Source: Escherichia coli (GTDB lineage Bacteria > Pseudomonadota > Gammaproteobacteria > Enterobacterales > Enterobacteriaceae). Taken from it: a stretch of 64,000 nucleotides of DNA. The stretch lies in assembly GCF_003018255.1 (NCBI RefSeq), contig NZ_CP027440.1; one strand, 5' to 3'. The translations under genes and the position numbers were made by a program. This document shows positions 45,421 to 58,962 of the stretch, one piece after another. The notes under the pieces were generated by a model, which saw only the letters and a program-made list of their open reading frames with translations, was not told the DNA's origin and did no database searches. Numbering within the stretch: position 1 is the stretch's first letter; every line of letters starts with the position of its first letter.

Positions 45421-47322
45421 TTAATGGTCCTCCGCTGCGGCAACCGCTGGATTTTCCGCAGGCAGATCGGTGTTGTTATCACCCAGCATAATGTGGTCGA
45501 GGATCTGGCGCATCAGCGTACCAACCGCTGGACCCGCGCCACCGTTCTCCAGAATCATGGCGACAGCCACTTGCGGATTGTTGTATGGCGCAAAGGCAGT
45601 CATCAGTTTGTGGTCACGTAAACGCTCGGCAATTTTGTGCGCATTATAGGTTTCGTTCGCTTTCAGACCGAAGACCTGAGCTGTACCAGATTTCGCCGCA
45701 ATTTTGTACGGTGCGCTGGCAAAGTATTTATGCGCCGTACCGTTAGGGCGGTTAGCAACACCGTACATACCGTCTTTTGCTAGCTCCCAGTAACCGGAAT
45801 GAATATCGCCGACGGGCGGTTCATGCGGTTGTACCCATGGCACCTGTTTGCCGTCTTCGGCGGTGCTCATCAGCAAATGCGGAACCTTCACGATACCGTC
45901 ATTAATCAGGATCATCAGTGCCTTACTCATCTGGATTGGGGTCGCTGTCCAGTAACCCTGACCGATACCAACCGGAATGGTGTCACCCTGATACCACGGT
46001 TTTTTAAAGCGTTTCTGTTTCCATTCGCGGGTAGGCATGTTGCCGGAACGTTCTTCCGCCAGGTCGATACCGGTGTAATGACCATAACCGAATTTACCCA
46101 TCCATTCGGAGAGGCGATCGATCCCCATATCGTAGGCCACCTGATAGAAGAAGGTATCCGCAGATTCTTCCAGCGATCTTGTGACATTCAGACGCCCGTG
46201 GCCCCATTTTTTCCAGTCACGATAACGTTTTTCCGACCCTGGCAGTTGCCACCAGCCGGGGTCAAACAGCGTCGTATTGCGCGTGATCACCCCGGCACTC
46301 AATGCCGAAACCGCAACATAGGGTTTAACTGTAGACGCGGGAGGATAAACCCCCTGTGTGGCGCGGTTCACCAGCGGTGTATTCGGGTCGTTCAGCAAGG
46401 CGGAATAATCTTTGCTGGAGATACCGTCAACAAACAGGTTTGGGTCATAACTAGGCGTGGAAACCAGCGCCAACACCCCACCTGTACGCGGATCGGTGAC
46501 TACCACAGCTGCGCGGCTACCCGCCAGCAGCGTTTCAATATATTGCTGGAGTTTGAGATCCAGCGTCAGGTAAATATCGTGTCCGGCTTGCGGTGGTACT
46601 TCTTTTAACTGGCGGATAACACGCCCACGGTTGTTAACTTCAACCTCTTCATAACCGGTCTGACCGTGCAGCACGTCTTCATAGTAACGTTCAATGCCCA
46701 GCTTACCGATATCATGCGTTGCCGCATAGTTGGCCAGTTTGCCGTCATTATTCAGGCGTTCGACGTCTTTATCGTTGATTTTCGACACATAGCCGATGAC
46801 GTGGGTCAACGCCGAACCGTAAGGATAGTAACGACGTTTATAGCCTTTAACTTCAACACCCGGAAAACGGTACTGGTTGACGGCAAAGCGAGCTACTTGT
46901 ACTTCGGTCAGGTTAGTTTTCACCGGAATAGAGGTGAAACGGTGTGAACGTGCGCGCTCTTTTCGGAATGCCGCAATATCATCATCGGTCAGATCAACCA
47001 CGCTGCGCAAAGCGTCCAGCGTTTGCTGCACGTTATCGACTTTCTCCGGCATCATTTCTATCTGGTAGATAGTGCGGTTGAGAGCCAGAGGGATACCGTT
47101 ACGGTCGTAGATAATGCCGCGGCTGGGTGCGATAGGCACCAGCTTAATGCGGTTTTCATTAGAGCGGGTCTGGTAGTCGGTAAAGCGAACAATTTGCAGA
47201 TTATACAGGTTGGCGATAAGCACGCCGGTCAGCAGCAAAATCCCCAAAAAGGCGACCAGCGCCCGGCGCACAAACAGCGCGGACTCTGCCGTATAGTCGC
47301 GAAAAGAGTTCTGTAGTTTCAT
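45421..47322 (-). CDS. mrdA: Peptidoglycan D,D-transpeptidase PBP2
   Basis: 633-aa ORF with transpeptidase motifs STVKP and KSGTA. Confidence 0.95.
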   Translation of the reverse strand: MKLQNSFRDYTAESALFVRRALVAFLGILLLTGVLIANLYNLQIVRFTDYQTRSNENRIKLVPIAPSRGIIYDRNGIPLALNRTIYQIEMMPEKVDNVQQTLDALRSVVDLTDDDIAAFRKERARSHRFTSIPVKTNLTEVQVARFAVNQYRFPGVEVKGYKRRYYPYGSALTHVIGYVSKINDKDVERLNNDGKLANYAATHDIGKLGIERYYEDVLHGQTGYEEVEVNNRGRVIRQLKEVPPQAGHDIYLTLDLKLQQYIETLLAGSRAAVVVTDPRTGGVLALVSTPSYDPNLFVDGISSKDYSALLNDPNTPLVNRATQGVYPPASTVKPYVAVSALSAGVITRNTTLFDPGWWQLPGSEKRYRDWKKWGHGRLNVTRSLEESADTFFYQVAYDMGIDRLSEWMGKFGYGHYTGIDLAEERSGNMPTREWKQKRFKKPWYQGDTIPVGIGQGYWTATPIQMSKALMILINDGIVKVPHLLMSTAEDGKQVPWVQPHEPPVGDIHSGYWELAKDGMYGVANRPNGTAHKYFASAPYKIAAKSGTAQVFGLKANETYNAHKIAERLRDHKLMTAFAPYNNPQVAVAMILENGGAGPAVGTLMRQILDHIMLGDNNTDLPAENPAVAAAEDH

Positions 47323-47352
47323 CCGCTGCGTTTTCTACTCAAAGCTCACTTA

Positions 47353-47820
47353 TCACTCACGGTGATAAGGATGGTTGGTGGTGATGCTCCACGCCCGGTA
47401 CAGACTCTCTGCGACCAGCACGCGAACCAGCGGATGGGGAAGGGTAAGTGCCGACAGCGACCAGCTCTGCTCCGCCGCCGCTTTACAGGCAGGCGACAAC
47501 CCTTCAGGCCCGCCAATCAGTAGACTGACGTCGCGACCATCCAGCTTCCAGCGTTCCAGCTCAGCGGCTAACTGCGGCGTATCCCAGGGCTTGCCTGGAA
47601 TATCGAGGGTGACAATGCGGTTTTTGCCTGCGGCCGCCAACATCTGCTCACCCTCTTTGTCGAGTATGCGCTTGATGTCCGCATTCTTGCCGCGTTTTCC
47701 GGCCGGAATTTCAATCAGCTCGAAGGGCATATCTTTCGGAAAACGACGCAGGTACTCGGTAAAACCGGTTTGTACCCAGTCCGGCATTTTCGTTCCCACG
47801 GCGACAAGTTGCAGCTTCAC
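47353..47820 (-). CDS. rlmH: 23S rRNA (pseudouridine1915-N3)-methyltransferase
   Basis: 155-aa SPOUT-family ORF; also called ybeA. Confidence 0.93.
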
Positions 47821-47823
47821 GCA

Positions 47824-48159
<336 letters not shown>

Positions 48160-48400
48160 TCAAATAGATAAAAATGGTCTGTCAGTATACCTGAACCAGA
48201 GGCGATTTCGGGACAATTGTCGCCGAATCGGCTTTCGAAAGTGGGCTATCATCCCACCCCGCGCCGCAGATTGCATCGCCATTTTTGTAAAACAATTTCT
48301 ACAAAGTCGTGTCTGGCGGAAAAAGTCTGGCTGCGGAGAATATCAGCCTGCCCGGGGCTGTCAATGGTCGTTGCGGCTTACCCGTAAAAAAACAGAAAAG

Positions 48401-49012
48401 TCATGCATTCTCGACCCCGATGGCACGGCTATTGAGGACGCGTAGCGTCGCGAATTTTTGGTTGATATCAATGGCGCTCCAACACCCCTGGTCAACGCGG
48501 AAATGCCACATAGACTCGGCAGGCATGCCAATTAAACGAGCAATTAACAGACTCAGTACGCCCTGATGGCTGACGACTAAAATATTCTGATAGTGCTGAT
48601 ATTCACTAAGCCTTGCGATAAATCGTTCCACACGTTGCGAAAATGCCTGAAATCCTTCACCGTTCGTGGGGATAGCATGCTGCCAGTCATTGCACCACGC
48701 GCTATAGTTTTCGGCATCTTCTTGCATGAGGTCACGATGATGTCGCATCTCCCAGTCGCCAAAAAACATTTCATTGAGTTCAGGGATGATATGAACGGGG
48801 TGCTGGCGGTCACTAAGAACCAGTCGCGCGGTATGCTGTGCCCGTTCCAGTTCACTGCATAAAACCAGGTCAAAGGAAACATCATGTAGCAGCGTATGCA
48901 GATTTTGCGCTTGCTCAATACCGCGCGCGGTCAGGGGTGTGGGCGCATGACCGCTGTACAGACCATCGACATTCGCTTGCGTTTCACCATGACGAATTAA
49001 CCACAGTCGCAT
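48401..49012 (-). CDS. cobC: Histidine-phosphatase-family alpha-ribazole phosphatase
   Basis: 203-aa product from MRLWLIRHGETQANVDGLYSG (RHG motif); track ORF starts one Met upstream. Confidence 0.9.
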   Translation of the reverse strand: MRLWLIRHGETQANVDGLYSGHAPTPLTARGIEQAQNLHTLLHDVSFDLVLCSELERAQHTARLVLSDRQHPVHIIPELNEMFFGDWEMRHHRDLMQEDAENYSAWCNDWQHAIPTNGEGFQAFSQRVERFIARLSEYQHYQNILVVSHQGVLSLLIARLIGMPAESMWHFRVDQGCWSAIDINQKFATLRVLNSRAIGVENA

Positions 49013-49035
49013 CATGCCCTCCGTAACGACAGGTA

Positions 49036-49677
49036 TCAGCGATACAAGCCTTGTTGGTTAATGTAAGTCAGTACCGGTTCCGGTAATAAATCCTCACACG
49101 ATTCACCATTTTGCAAACGTTCGCGGATGATGGTCGCCGAGATGTTAAACCACGGCGTTTCAGCCAGATAAATTTTACCGGCAGGCTGAAGGTGAAGATC
49201 TTCCGGGTTATGTGTCAAATGATCCTCCAGCCATTGCTGATATTGTGGTTGTGCCATTTCAAGTGGGTAACCAGGACGCCGACAGACGATCAAATGTGCA
49301 TTGTCGAGTATCGTTTCGTATTCGTACCAGGTCGGAAAGGTCAGCAATGAATCCTGACCAATAATAAACGCCAGCGGCACGTCCGGTCCTTGCTCCTGCC
49401 GCCACTCTTTCAGTGTTTGCGCAGTGTAAGAGGGGGCATTGCGCTTTAGCTCGCGTTCATCAAGAGTAAATAATGGCTTGTCGGCAATCGCCAGTTCAAG
49501 CATGTGTTTACGCTGCATGCTGTTTGCTTCCGGCTGGGGACGATGCGGAGGAACATTATTAGGGATGATTGTGACCCGCGTCAGACCAATCAAATTCGCC
49601 AGCGTTTCCACGGGTTTAAGATGACCATAGTGCACCGGATCAAAGGTGCCGCCAAACAGAGCCTGTAAAGATTTCAT
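49036..49677 (-). CDS. nadD: Nicotinate-nucleotide adenylyltransferase
   Basis: 213-aa product from [20 protein letters not shown]; track ORF extends 21 codons upstream. Confidence 0.93.
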
Positions 49678-49678
49678 A

Positions 49679-50710
49679 TCAACCGTCGATAAATACGTCC
49701 GCCAGGGGTTTATGGCACAACAGAAGAGATAACCCTTCAAGCTCTGCCCACACTGACTGACCGTAATCTTGTTTGAGGGTGAGTTCCGTTCGTGTCAGGA
49801 GTTGCACGGCCTGACGTAACTGCGGATGGCTTAAGCGATTTAACGCCTCGCCCATCATGCCCCGGCGGTTCTGCCATACCCGATGCTTATCAAACAACGC
49901 ACGCAGTGGCATATGGGCAGACTGGCGTTTCAGGTTAACCAGTAACAACAGTTCACGTTGTAATGTGCGCAACAAAATAACCGGTTCGCTGCCTTCCAGA
50001 CGCAGTTGCTGAAGAATATGCAACGCGCGCTTACTTTTTCCCATCAACAAAGCATCAACCCAATGAAAAGGGGTGAAATGCGCGGCATCATTCACCGCCT
50101 GTTCAACGCGAGGTAATGTCAGTTTGCCGTCTGGCCAGAGTAGCGATAAACGCTCCAGTGCCTGAGCCAGCGCCAGCAGGTTACCTTCATAACAGTAGCA
50201 GAGCACCTGATTCGCCGCGTCATCCAGCTCTAAGTTGAGCTGTTTTGCGCGCACAGCAACCCAGCGGGGAAGCTGAGCCTGCTCCGGTGTCTGACAGGTC
50301 ACCTGCACGCTGCGATTCGCAAGAGCAGTAAACCAGGCGGCATTTTCTTGCGCTTTGCTTAATTTATTGCCGCGGACGATCAACAGCAGGTCGTCATGCA
50401 GAAGTCCGGTGAGTGTGAGAAGTTGTTCATTGATCGCCGCATTCGGTCCGTTTTCTGGTAACAACAGCAATAGCGTTTGTCGACTGGCAAACAGACTCAT
50501 GGCCTGGCATAACGAAAAGATCGCATTCCAGTCAGTGTTGGGATCAATGGAAAAAGTGTGGTGTTCTTCGAATCCTTGTACCGCAGCTACCTGACGAATA
50601 GCGTCCTGGCTTTCCTGCAATAACAGAGGATCGTTACCAAGTAAAAGATACGCCGCGCGCAGCCCTTCATTGAGCTGCGCGCGGAGTTGTTCCGGGTACA
50701 ACCGAATCAT
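49679..50710 (-). CDS. holA: DNA polymerase III delta subunit
   Basis: 343-aa ORF between lptE and nadD. Confidence 0.94.
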
Positions 50711-51291
50711 CAGTTACCCAGCGTGGTAGAGACGCGTGCAGGCGTTGCCGGAGTATCCGTTGTGGTCGACGTCTGTTCTTCGTCGGAACGAATATCCGCA
50801 GCACGGATGCTTGGCAGCTTACGAATCAGCTGTTCGGCAGCACGGTCGTACATCTCTTTTACGATCATGTCTTGTTCGTTATCTTTCGCTAACGCCATTT
50901 GCGGGTTATCGAAGAACGAACGGAAGACTTTGGCGCTAATCGGGTAGATGTCACGGCCGGGGATCAACACGGTCGCATTGACCGTCATGATCATCTGATA
51001 CTCTGCTGTTTGACCGTTACGGAATACCGATGCGGTATCTTTCGCGATGCTCACTTTACCCAAACGCAGGGATGGAACGTCCTTACGCGTGGTTTCTTTA
51101 TCAAGCAACTCGACACCATTTAGACGTAACTGGTTACGCACCGCACGGCTTAATGGCCCGTTCGGATCGCCTGAGTCCAGGATCATGACCTTCATAGTGG
51201 AAGGAACCTGCGTGGTATCACGCAGATGCCAGCCACACCCGGCGGTGATTAACACCGCCAGAGATAACAACAATGTTGCCAGATATCGCAC
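50710..51291 (-). CDS. lptE: LPS-assembly lipoprotein LptE
   Basis: 193-aa ORF with lipobox (ITAGC). Confidence 0.94.
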
Positions 51292-51305
51292 GCTTCCTCC
51301 CGCGC

Positions 51306-53888
51306 TTAGCCAACGACCAGATTGAGGAGTTTACCGGGTACGTAAATCACTTTACGCACGGTAACGCCATCAAGATATTTTGCTACCAGATGTTCCTGGC
51401 CAGCACGTTCGCGAACCTGTTCTTCCGTTGCGTCCACCGGAACGGTGATTTTTGCACGGACTTTACCGTTAACCTGCACCACGACCAGCGTGGAGTCTTC
51501 CACCATCGCTTTTTCGTCAGCAACCGGCCACGGCGCGTTGTCGATATCGCCTTCGCCTTTCAGTTCCTGCCACAGCGTGAAGCAGATGTGCGGGGTGAAC
51601 GGGTTAAGCATACGGACAACGGCCAGCAGTGCTTCCTGCATCAGGGCGCGGTCCTGCTCGCCATCGGTCGGTGCTTTCGCCAGTTTGTTCATCAGCTCCA
51701 TAATCGCCGCAATTGCGGTGTTGAAGGTCTGACGACGGCCGATATCATCGGTCACTTTAGCGATCGTTTTATGCACATCGCGACGCAGCGCTTTCTGATC
51801 TTCAGTCAGCGCATCAACGTTCAGTGCCGCAACATCACCTTTCGCTGTGTGCTCGTAAACCAGTTTCCAGACACGTTTCAGGAAGCGGTTAGCCCCTTCC
51901 ACGCCGGATTCCTGCCATTCGAGAGTCATATCAGCCGGAGAAGCAAACATCATAAACAGACGAACGGTGTCCGCGCCGTAACGTTCAACCATCACCTGCG
52001 GGTCGATACCGTTGTTCTTCGACTTGGACATTTTGCTCATGCCGGTATAAACCAGTTCATGGCCTGCCGCATCTTTCGCTTTCACGATACGGCCTTTCTC
52101 GTCACGTTCAACGATAGCATCAACCGGGGAAACCCAGTTACGTTCGCCGTTTTCGCCAACATAGTAGAAGGCATCTGCCAGCACCATACCCTGACACAGC
52201 AACTGTTTTGCTGGTTCGTCAGAGTTCACCATGCCTGCATCACGCATCAGTTTGTGGAAGAAGCGGAAGTAGAGCAGGTGCATAATGGCGTGTTCGATAC
52301 CACCAATGTAGATATCCACCGGCAGCCAGTAGTTAGCCGCTTTGGAATCCAGCATACCTTCTTTGTACTCCGGGCAAGTGTAGCGCGCATAGTACCAGGA
52401 GGACTCCATAAAGGTGTCGAAAGTGTCGGTTTCACGCAGCGCTGGCATACCGTTAACGGTAGTTTTTGCCCACTCCGGATCTGCTTTAATCGGGCTGGTA
52501 ATGCCGTCCATCACCACATCTTCCGGCAGGATCACCGGCAGCTGGTCGTCCGGGGTCGGCATTACGGTACCGTCTTCCAGCGTCACCATCGGAATCGGCG
52601 CGCCCCAGTAACGCTGACGAGAAACACCCCAGTCGCGCAGGCGGTAGTTCACTTTACGCTCGCCAACGCCCATCGCAGTCAGTTTATCGGCGATGGCGTT
52701 GAAGGCCGCTTCATGGTCAAGACCGTTGAACTCGCCAGAGTTGAACAGCACGCCTTTTTCAGTCAGGGCTTGCTGAGAAAGATCTGGCTCAGAGCCGTCA
52801 GCTGCCAGGATAACCGGTTTGATGTTCAGGCCGTATTTAGAGGCAAACTCGTAGTCGCGCTGGTCGTGACCCGGAACCGCCATAACTGCGCCCGTGCCGT
52901 ATTCCATCAATACGAAGTTTGCTGCCCAAACGGGAATTTCTTCGCCCGTTAATGGGTGAACCGCTTTAAAGCCAGTATCGACGCCTTTTTTCTCCATCGT
53001 CGCCATTTCAGCTTCGGCAACTTTGGTGTTACGGCATTCGTCAATAAAGGCGGCCAGTTCAGGATTATTTTCCGCCGCTTTCTGTGCCAGCGGATGACCC
53101 GCAGCCACCGCCAGGTAGGTACAACCCATAAAGGTGTCCGGGCGGGTAGTGTAAACGGTCAGCGTGTTGTCATAGTCGTTAACGTTGAAGGTGATTTCCA
53201 CGCCTTCGGAACGACCGATCCAGTTACGCTGCATGGTTTTAACGGTGTCTGGCCAGTGATCCAGTTTATCCAGATCGTTGAGCAGCTCGTCAGCGTAAGC
53301 GGTGATTTTGATAAACCATTGCGGGATCTCTTTACGCTCAACTTTGGTATCGCAGCGCCAGCAGCAGCCGTCGATAACTTGTTCGTTCGCCAGTACGGTC
53401 TGGTCGTTCGGGCACCAGTTGACTGCAGAAGTCTTCTTATATACCAGGCCTTTTTTATACAGCTCGGTGAAGAATTTCTGTTCCCAACGGTAGTATTCCG
53501 GCGTACAGGTTGCCAGCTCGCGGCTCCAGTCATAACCAAAGCCCAGCATTTTGAGCTGGTTTTTCATGTACGCGATGTTGTCGTACGTCCACGGTGCCGG
53601 TGCGGTGTTGTTTTTCACCGCCGCGCCTTCCGCAGGCAGACCAAACGCGTCCCAGCCGATCGGCTGCAGGACGTTTTTGCCCAGCATACGCTGGTAGCGG
53701 GCGATCACGTCACCGATGGTGTAGTTACGTACGTGGCCCATGTGTAGTCGACCAGAAGGATAGGGAAGCATAGACAGGCAGTAATACTTCTCTTTGCTCT
53801 CGTCTTCGGTTACTTCAAATGTGCGCTTCTCATCCCAATGAAGCTGTACTTTGGATTCTATCTCTTCCGGGCGGTATTGCTCTTGCAT
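51306..53888 (-). CDS. leuS: Leucyl-tRNA synthetase
   Basis: 860-aa product from [18 protein letters not shown] and KMSKS motifs present; track ORF extends 47 codons upstream. Confidence 0.96.
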   Translation of the reverse strand: MQEQYRPEEIESKVQLHWDEKRTFEVTEDESKEKYYCLSMLPYPSGRLHMGHVRNYTIGDVIARYQRMLGKNVLQPIGWDAFGLPAEGAAVKNNTAPAPWTYDNIAYMKNQLKMLGFGYDWSRELATCTPEYYRWEQKFFTELYKKGLVYKKTSAVNWCPNDQTVLANEQVIDGCCWRCDTKVERKEIPQWFIKITAYADELLNDLDKLDHWPDTVKTMQRNWIGRSEGVEITFNVNDYDNTLTVYTTRPDTFMGCTYLAVAAGHPLAQKAAENNPELAAFIDECRNTKVAEAEMATMEKKGVDTGFKAVHPLTGEEIPVWAANFVLMEYGTGAVMAVPGHDQRDYEFASKYGLNIKPVILAADGSEPDLSQQALTEKGVLFNSGEFNGLDHEAAFNAIADKLTAMGVGERKVNYRLRDWGVSRQRYWGAPIPMVTLEDGTVMPTPDDQLPVILPEDVVMDGITSPIKADPEWAKTTVNGMPALRETDTFDTFMESSWYYARYTCPEYKEGMLDSKAANYWLPVDIYIGGIEHAIMHLLYFRFFHKLMRDAGMVNSDEPAKQLLCQGMVLADAFYYVGENGERNWVSPVDAIVERDEKGRIVKAKDAAGHELVYTGMSKMSKSKNNGIDPQVMVERYGADTVRLFMMFASPADMTLEWQESGVEGANRFLKRVWKLVYEHTAKGDVAALNVDALTEDQKALRRDVHKTIAKVTDDIGRRQTFNTAIAAIMELMNKLAKAPTDGEQDRALMQEALLAVVRMLNPFTPHICFTLWQELKGEGDIDNAPWPVADEKAMVEDSTLVVVQVNGKVRAKITVPVDATEEQVRERAGQEHLVAKYLDGVTVRKVIYVPGKLLNLVVG

Positions 53889-54122
53889 GGCAGCCAGTGG
53901 TCCTGTTTTCAATACGGCTACAAATGTAGCGTTGAGGTGGTTTTTCAGATCCGCATAGCATAGCCCAAACGTCCGCGTCAAAACAGCCTTTCGCGCACTC
54001 GACGTTGAAATGATGCCCGGATTATTCATACATTAATTTACAGAGTTTGTGGGCGTATTAGCAAAGCAAGGAACAAAGAACGTCTATTATTATAGTCAGT
54101 TAACGACCCGGGAGATGAAACG

Positions 54123-54605
54123 ATGAACAAGGTTGCTCAATATTACCGTGAACTGGTCGCGTCACTGAGCGAACGCCTGCGCAATGGCGAACGTGATATC
54201 GACGCACTGGTGGAACAGGCGCGCGAGCGCGTAATAAAAACAGGGGAGTTAACGCGAACCGAGGTCGATGAGCTGACGCGAGCTGTCAGACGTGACCTGG
54301 AAGAGTTCGCCATGAGCTATGAAGAGAGCCTGAAAGAAGAATCTGACAGCGTCTTTATGCGGGTGATTAAAGAAAGCTTGTGGCAGGAGCTGGCAGACAT
54401 CACCGATAAAACGCAGCTTGAATGGCGCGAAGTTTTCCAGGACCTCAATCATCACGGGGTTTATCACAGCGGAGAAGTGGTAGGGCTGGGAAATCTGGTC
54501 TGCGAGAAATGTCACTTCCATCTCCCGATCTATACACCGGAAGTGCTGACGCTATGCCCGAAATGTGGTCATGATCAGTTCCAGAGACGTCCGTTCGAGC
54601 CGTAA
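54123..54605 (+). CDS. ybeL: DUF1451 family protein with C-terminal zinc-ribbon-like CxxC pairs
   Basis: 160-aa ORF; CEKCH ... CPKCGH near the C-terminus. Confidence 0.9.
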   Translation: MNKVAQYYRELVASLSERLRNGERDIDALVEQARERVIKTGELTRTEVDELTRAVRRDLEEFAMSYEESLKEESDSVFMRVIKESLWQELADITDKTQLEWREVFQDLNHHGVYHSGEVVGLGNLVCEKCHFHLPIYTPEVLTLCPKCGHDQFQRRPFEP

Positions 54606-54649
54606 TGAAATGAGTGGTGCCGGATGGCGTGATGTCATCCGGTGAGTGA

Positions 54650-55585
54650 TTAAGCGTAAAATTTCAGACGATCAGCCAGTAAATCAACAAAGCCCTGACG
54701 ATCAACATCGACCATTACGGTGGCATTCGGTTTATTGCCAGTCAGATAATAATAATCAACAACCGTCATACCCTGGGTATATTTCCCTTGTGTTTCCACG
54801 CCAACCCAGCGCTCAACAGTGGTAAACAACTCCGGTTTCAACAGCCAGGCGATGGTGCATGGGTCATGCAGTGGTGCGCCGACAAAGCCCCATTTTTCGT
54901 CTTTATGATATTCGAGGAAGAAATCCAGCAGTTCGGCAACAATGGTTGAAACAGGGTTGCCAATCGCGCGGAAACGCTCAGTGTCTTCAACGTGGATTTG
55001 TGCTTTGTGAGTAACATCCAGACCGGCCATCACCACCGGAATTCCTGACTGGAAGACAATTTCTGCCGCTTCCGGGTCAACGTAAATATTAAATTCAGCC
55101 GCAGGCGTCCAGTTACCAAGCCCCATTGCGCCGCCCATAATCACGATACGGGCAATTTTGCTATGCAGTTCCGGGTGGCTATTGAGCAGCAAGGCAACGT
55201 TAGTTTGCGGTCCGGTTGAAACAATGGTGATAGGTTCCTCACTTTCACACAGCGTTTTCGCCATCAGCTCCACCGCCGTACAGTTTTGCGGTGCGAACGT
55301 CGGTTCCGGTAATGCCGGGCCGTCGAGACCGCTTTCGCCGTGCACATTGTCCGCAATAATCAAATTACGCATTAACGGTTTTACCGCGCCGCCTGCTACC
55401 GGAATATCGGTGCGATTAAGCAAGGTCAGCATACGCAGAACATTGCGTAAGGTTTTTTCTGGTGTCTGGTTTCCGGCGGAAGACGTAATTGCTTTGACAT
55501 CAAGCTCTGGTGAGGCGAGGGCAAGAACTATTGCGATAGCGTCGTCATGACCTGGGTCGCAATCTAACAGAATTGGCAGTGCCAT
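54650..55585 (-). CDS. rihA: Pyrimidine-specific ribonucleoside hydrolase
   Basis: 311-aa product from [19 protein letters not shown] (DxDxxxDD motif); track ORF extends 11 codons upstream. Confidence 0.93.
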   Translation of the reverse strand: MALPILLDCDPGHDDAIAIVLALASPELDVKAITSSAGNQTPEKTLRNVLRMLTLLNRTDIPVAGGAVKPLMRNLIIADNVHGESGLDGPALPEPTFAPQNCTAVELMAKTLCESEEPITIVSTGPQTNVALLLNSHPELHSKIARIVIMGGAMGLGNWTPAAEFNIYVDPEAAEIVFQSGIPVVMAGLDVTHKAQIHVEDTERFRAIGNPVSTIVAELLDFFLEYHKDEKWGFVGAPLHDPCTIAWLLKPELFTTVERWVGVETQGKYTQGMTVVDYYYLTGNKPNATVMVDVDRQGFVDLLADRLKFYA

Positions 55586-55702
55586 TGTTGCTCCTTGTTG
55601 TGTGCTTCTTTGCGACAAGGGTACCGCTAGGATGTAACAGATACGAGGAGCGAAACGATAAAGCGTGAGATGGCGCGCACTTGGGTATGCGCGCCAGAGT
55701 GA

Positions 55703-56428
55703 TTAATGCAGGATTTTCGCGAGGAAGTCTTTTGCGCGGTCCGATTTCGGATCATCGAAGAAAGCGTCTTTCGGCGAGTCTTCGACAATTTTACCCTCGT
55801 CCATAAAGATCACCCGATTCGCCACTTTACGGGCAAAGCCCATTTCGTGGGTCACCACCATCATGGTCATTCCTTCGTTCGCCAGTTCCACCATCACGTC
55901 CAGCACTTCGTTGATCATCTCCGGATCCAGCGCCGATGTCGGTTCGTCGAACAGCATGGCAATAGGATCCATACACAATGCGCGAGCGATCGCCACACGC
56001 TGCTGCTGACCGCCGGAAAGCTGCGCCGGAAACTTATTGGCATGTGCGGAAAGCCCGACGCGCTCCAGCAATTTCAATGCTTTTTCACGAGCCGGCGCTT
56101 TATCGCGTTTAAGCACTTTCACCTGCGCCAGGGTCAGGTTTTCGATAATCGACAGATGAGGGAACAGCTCGAAATGCTGGAATACCATCCCGACGCGGGA
56201 ACGCAGCTTTGCCAGATCGGTTTTCTTGTCGTTAACCACGATGCCATCGACGGTGATTTCACCTTGCTGCACCGGTTCGAGGCCGTTGACGGTTTTAATC
56301 AGCGTTGATTTGCCGGAACCAGACGGGCCGCAAACCACCACCACTTCGCCTTTTTTCACTTCGGTTGAGCAGTCGGTCAGCACCTGAAAGTGACCATACC
56401 ATTTTGAAACATTTTTCAGGGTAATCAT
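55703..56428 (-). CDS. gltL: Glutamate/aspartate ABC transporter ATPase
   Basis: 241-aa ORF; Walker [10 protein letters not shown], signature LSGGQQQR. Confidence 0.95.
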   Translation of the reverse strand: MITLKNVSKWYGHFQVLTDCSTEVKKGEVVVVCGPSGSGKSTLIKTVNGLEPVQQGEITVDGIVVNDKKTDLAKLRSRVGMVFQHFELFPHLSIIENLTLAQVKVLKRDKAPAREKALKLLERVGLSAHANKFPAQLSGGQQQRVAIARALCMDPIAMLFDEPTSALDPEMINEVLDVMVELANEGMTMMVVTHEMGFARKVANRVIFMDEGKIVEDSPKDAFFDDPKSDRAKDFLAKILH

Positions 56429-57102
56429 TATGCTGTCCTTCTTTTCAAGTAGCTGACCAACAACGACGCGCTAAGGCTAATAACGAAATAAACAAATCCG
56501 GCAAACAGGATCATCTCAACCTGCGTACCATCACGCTCACCAATGGTTGAAGCGGTACGGAAGAAATCGGCCAGAGATAACACATACACCAGCGAGGTAT
56601 CCTGGAACAGTACGATGCCCTGAGTGAGCAGCAGCGGCACCATCGCGCGGAAAGCCTGCGGCAGAATAATCAGTTTCATCGACTGCCAGTGAGTCATCCC
56701 CAACGCCAGCGCGGCGCTCGACTGACCACGGGAAATACTTTGAATACCGGCACGGATAATCTCTGAATAGTAGGCCGCTTCAAACATCGAAAACGCCACC
56801 ATTGCCGAAATTAAACGGATATCATTTTTTGGCGATAATCCCAGCACGTTTTGCAGAAATCCCGGCACAATCAGGTAAAACCACAGCAAAACCATGACTA
56901 AAGGAATCGAGCGGAATACGTTAACATAGGCTTTGGCAAACCACGCAACAGGCGCAAAGCTGGACAAGCGCATCACCGCCAGCATGGTGCCCCACAAAAT
57001 ACCAATCACCACTGCCGTGACGGTGATTTTCAGCGTGATCACCAGCCCGTCGAGCAGATATGGCAGGGAAGGAACAATGGAACTCCAGTCAAACTCGTAC
57101 AT
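56428..57102 (-). CDS. gltK: Glutamate/aspartate ABC transporter permease
   Basis: 224-aa membrane ORF; 1-nt overlap with gltL. Confidence 0.94.
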
Positions 57103-57842
57103 TATTTGCCCCCCATGTTGCCGGGCAGACGAACTTTACGTTCAACCAGCGTCATCACCAGCATGATAAAAGCGTTAATCAATACATACGCCAGCGTGAT
57201 GGCGGTAAACGACTCCCAGGCGTGGGCCGAGTAATCGAGCAATTTACCCGCCTGCGCCGCCATATCCACCAGACCGATAGTCGAGGCGATGGCGGAGTTT
57301 TTCACCAGGTTCATCATCTCTGAGGTCATCGGCGGGACGATAACGCGATAAGCATTAGGCAGCAGTACGTAGCGGTAAGCCTGCGGTAGCGTCAGACCCA
57401 TCGCCAGCGCGGCATTTTTTTGCCCACGCGGCAGCGACTGAATAGCGGCGCGTACCTGTTCGCAAACACGGGCGGCGGTAAACAGCCCCAGGCAGAGCAT
57501 GGATGAAAGGAAAAACTGAATATTGGGATCCAGCTCTGCCTTAAACCACATGCCGATTTTCTCTGGCAGCAGCTCCGGGATCACCAGGTACCAGGTAAAG
57601 AATTGCACAATCAACGGCACGTTGCGGAACAGTTCGACATACAACGTACCCAGACCGGAGAGAAAACGGTTTGGAACGGTACGTAAAATGCCGAAAAATG
57701 AACCGACGAGGAAAGCGATAATCCAGGCGCAGATCGACAAAGCGATCGTCACCTGAAAACCACTCCAGATCCAACCAAGATAGGTGGTGTTGCCGAACGG
57801 GGCTTGTTGTAAAAAAATACCCCAGTTCCAGTCTATAGACAT
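57102..57842 (-). CDS. gltJ: Glutamate/aspartate ABC transporter permease
   Basis: 246-aa membrane ORF; 1-nt overlap with gltK. Confidence 0.94.
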
Positions 57843-57855
57843 AAATCTACTCCAG

Positions 57856-58011
57856 AAAAAAGAGGGTAGCAGCGTTAACTGCTACCCTCGAAGATTGTTA
57901 CCCAGCGTATTGCGGTTTTCAGGCCCGATGGGGAACGACCACCAGGCGTATAGTCTGTCCGTGCTACGTAACAATCGAGAGGGCTGGAATTTCCGCCCCT
58001 GGTTCTTGTAA
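57856..58011 (-). ncRNA. sroC: SroC-like sRNA derived from the gltI-gltJ spacer
   Basis: 169-nt gltI-gltJ spacer ends, on the minus strand, in an 11-bp GC stem (57862-57872 / 57879-57889) followed by a U6 run; SroC is known to be processed from this spacer; 5' end not determinable here. Confidence 0.5.
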
Positions 58012-58920
58012 TTAGTTCAGTGCCTTGTCATTCGGTTCTTTGAACAGTGCTTTCATTTCGTCTGACAGTTCGAAATTCATGTTCAGGTTTTTCGGCGGAA
58101 TTGGATTTTTGAACCACTTATCAAACCATTTTTCCGCTTCACCGGAGGTCTGCACCTGAGCGATGGTATCATCCATCAGCTTTTTGAACTGCGGATCGTC
58201 TTTACGCAACATGCAACCATAGGCTTCCTGAGACTGCGGCTTGCCGACGATTTCCCAGTTGTCTGGTTTCTTCGCTTTCGCACGTTCACCGGCCAGCAGA
58301 GCATCATCCATCATAAAGGCAACGGCACGACCGCTTTCCAGGGTACGGAAAGAGTCACCGTGATCTTTGGCGCTGATGATGCGCATATTCATTTTTTGCT
58401 CTTCATTCAGTTTGTTGAGCAAAACTTCAGAGGTGGTGCCGGAAGTGACGACTACGGCTTTGCCTTTCAGGTCGGCAAAATCTTTGATATCGCCGCCCTT
58501 TTTGGTCAGCAGGCGCGTACCGACCACGAAAATAGTGTCAGAGAAAGCCGCCTGTTTTTGGCGTTCGGCATTGTTGGTGGTAGAACCGCATTCAAAATCG
58601 AAAGTGCCGTTTTGCAGCAGTGGAATACGGTTTTGTGAGGTGATCGGAATCAATTTCACCTGTAAGTCTGGTTTGTTGAGTTTCTTTTTCACTGCTTCAA
58701 CAATGGCGTTGGAGTAATCCTGCGAGTAGCCCACCACTTTTTGCTGATTGTCGTAATAAGAGAAAGGTACTGAAGATTCACGGTGACCGACGACAATCAC
58801 GCCGTTTTTGGCGATTTTGTCCAGCGTACTGCCTGCTGCCGGGGCGGCGTCATCTGCCTGTGCCAGTCCTGCGGAAAGCGCCAGGGCCAGGATTGCTGTG
58901 GCAGGTTTACGTAATTGCAT
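58012..58920 (-). CDS. gltI: Periplasmic glutamate/aspartate binding protein
   Basis: 302-aa product from MQLRKPATAILALALSAGLAQA (signal peptide); track ORF extends 25 codons upstream through the 5' UTR. Confidence 0.94.
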   Translation of the reverse strand: MQLRKPATAILALALSAGLAQADDAAPAAGSTLDKIAKNGVIVVGHRESSVPFSYYDNQQKVVGYSQDYSNAIVEAVKKKLNKPDLQVKLIPITSQNRIPLLQNGTFDFECGSTTNNAERQKQAAFSDTIFVVGTRLLTKKGGDIKDFADLKGKAVVVTSGTTSEVLLNKLNEEQKMNMRIISAKDHGDSFRTLESGRAVAFMMDDALLAGERAKAKKPDNWEIVGKPQSQEAYGCMLRKDDPQFKKLMDDTIAQVQTSGEAEKWFDKWFKNPIPPKNLNMNFELSDEMKALFKEPNDKALN

Positions 58921-58962
58921 ATCCAACTCCTTTATCTTCTGCGTTAAGAACGCATGGATACC

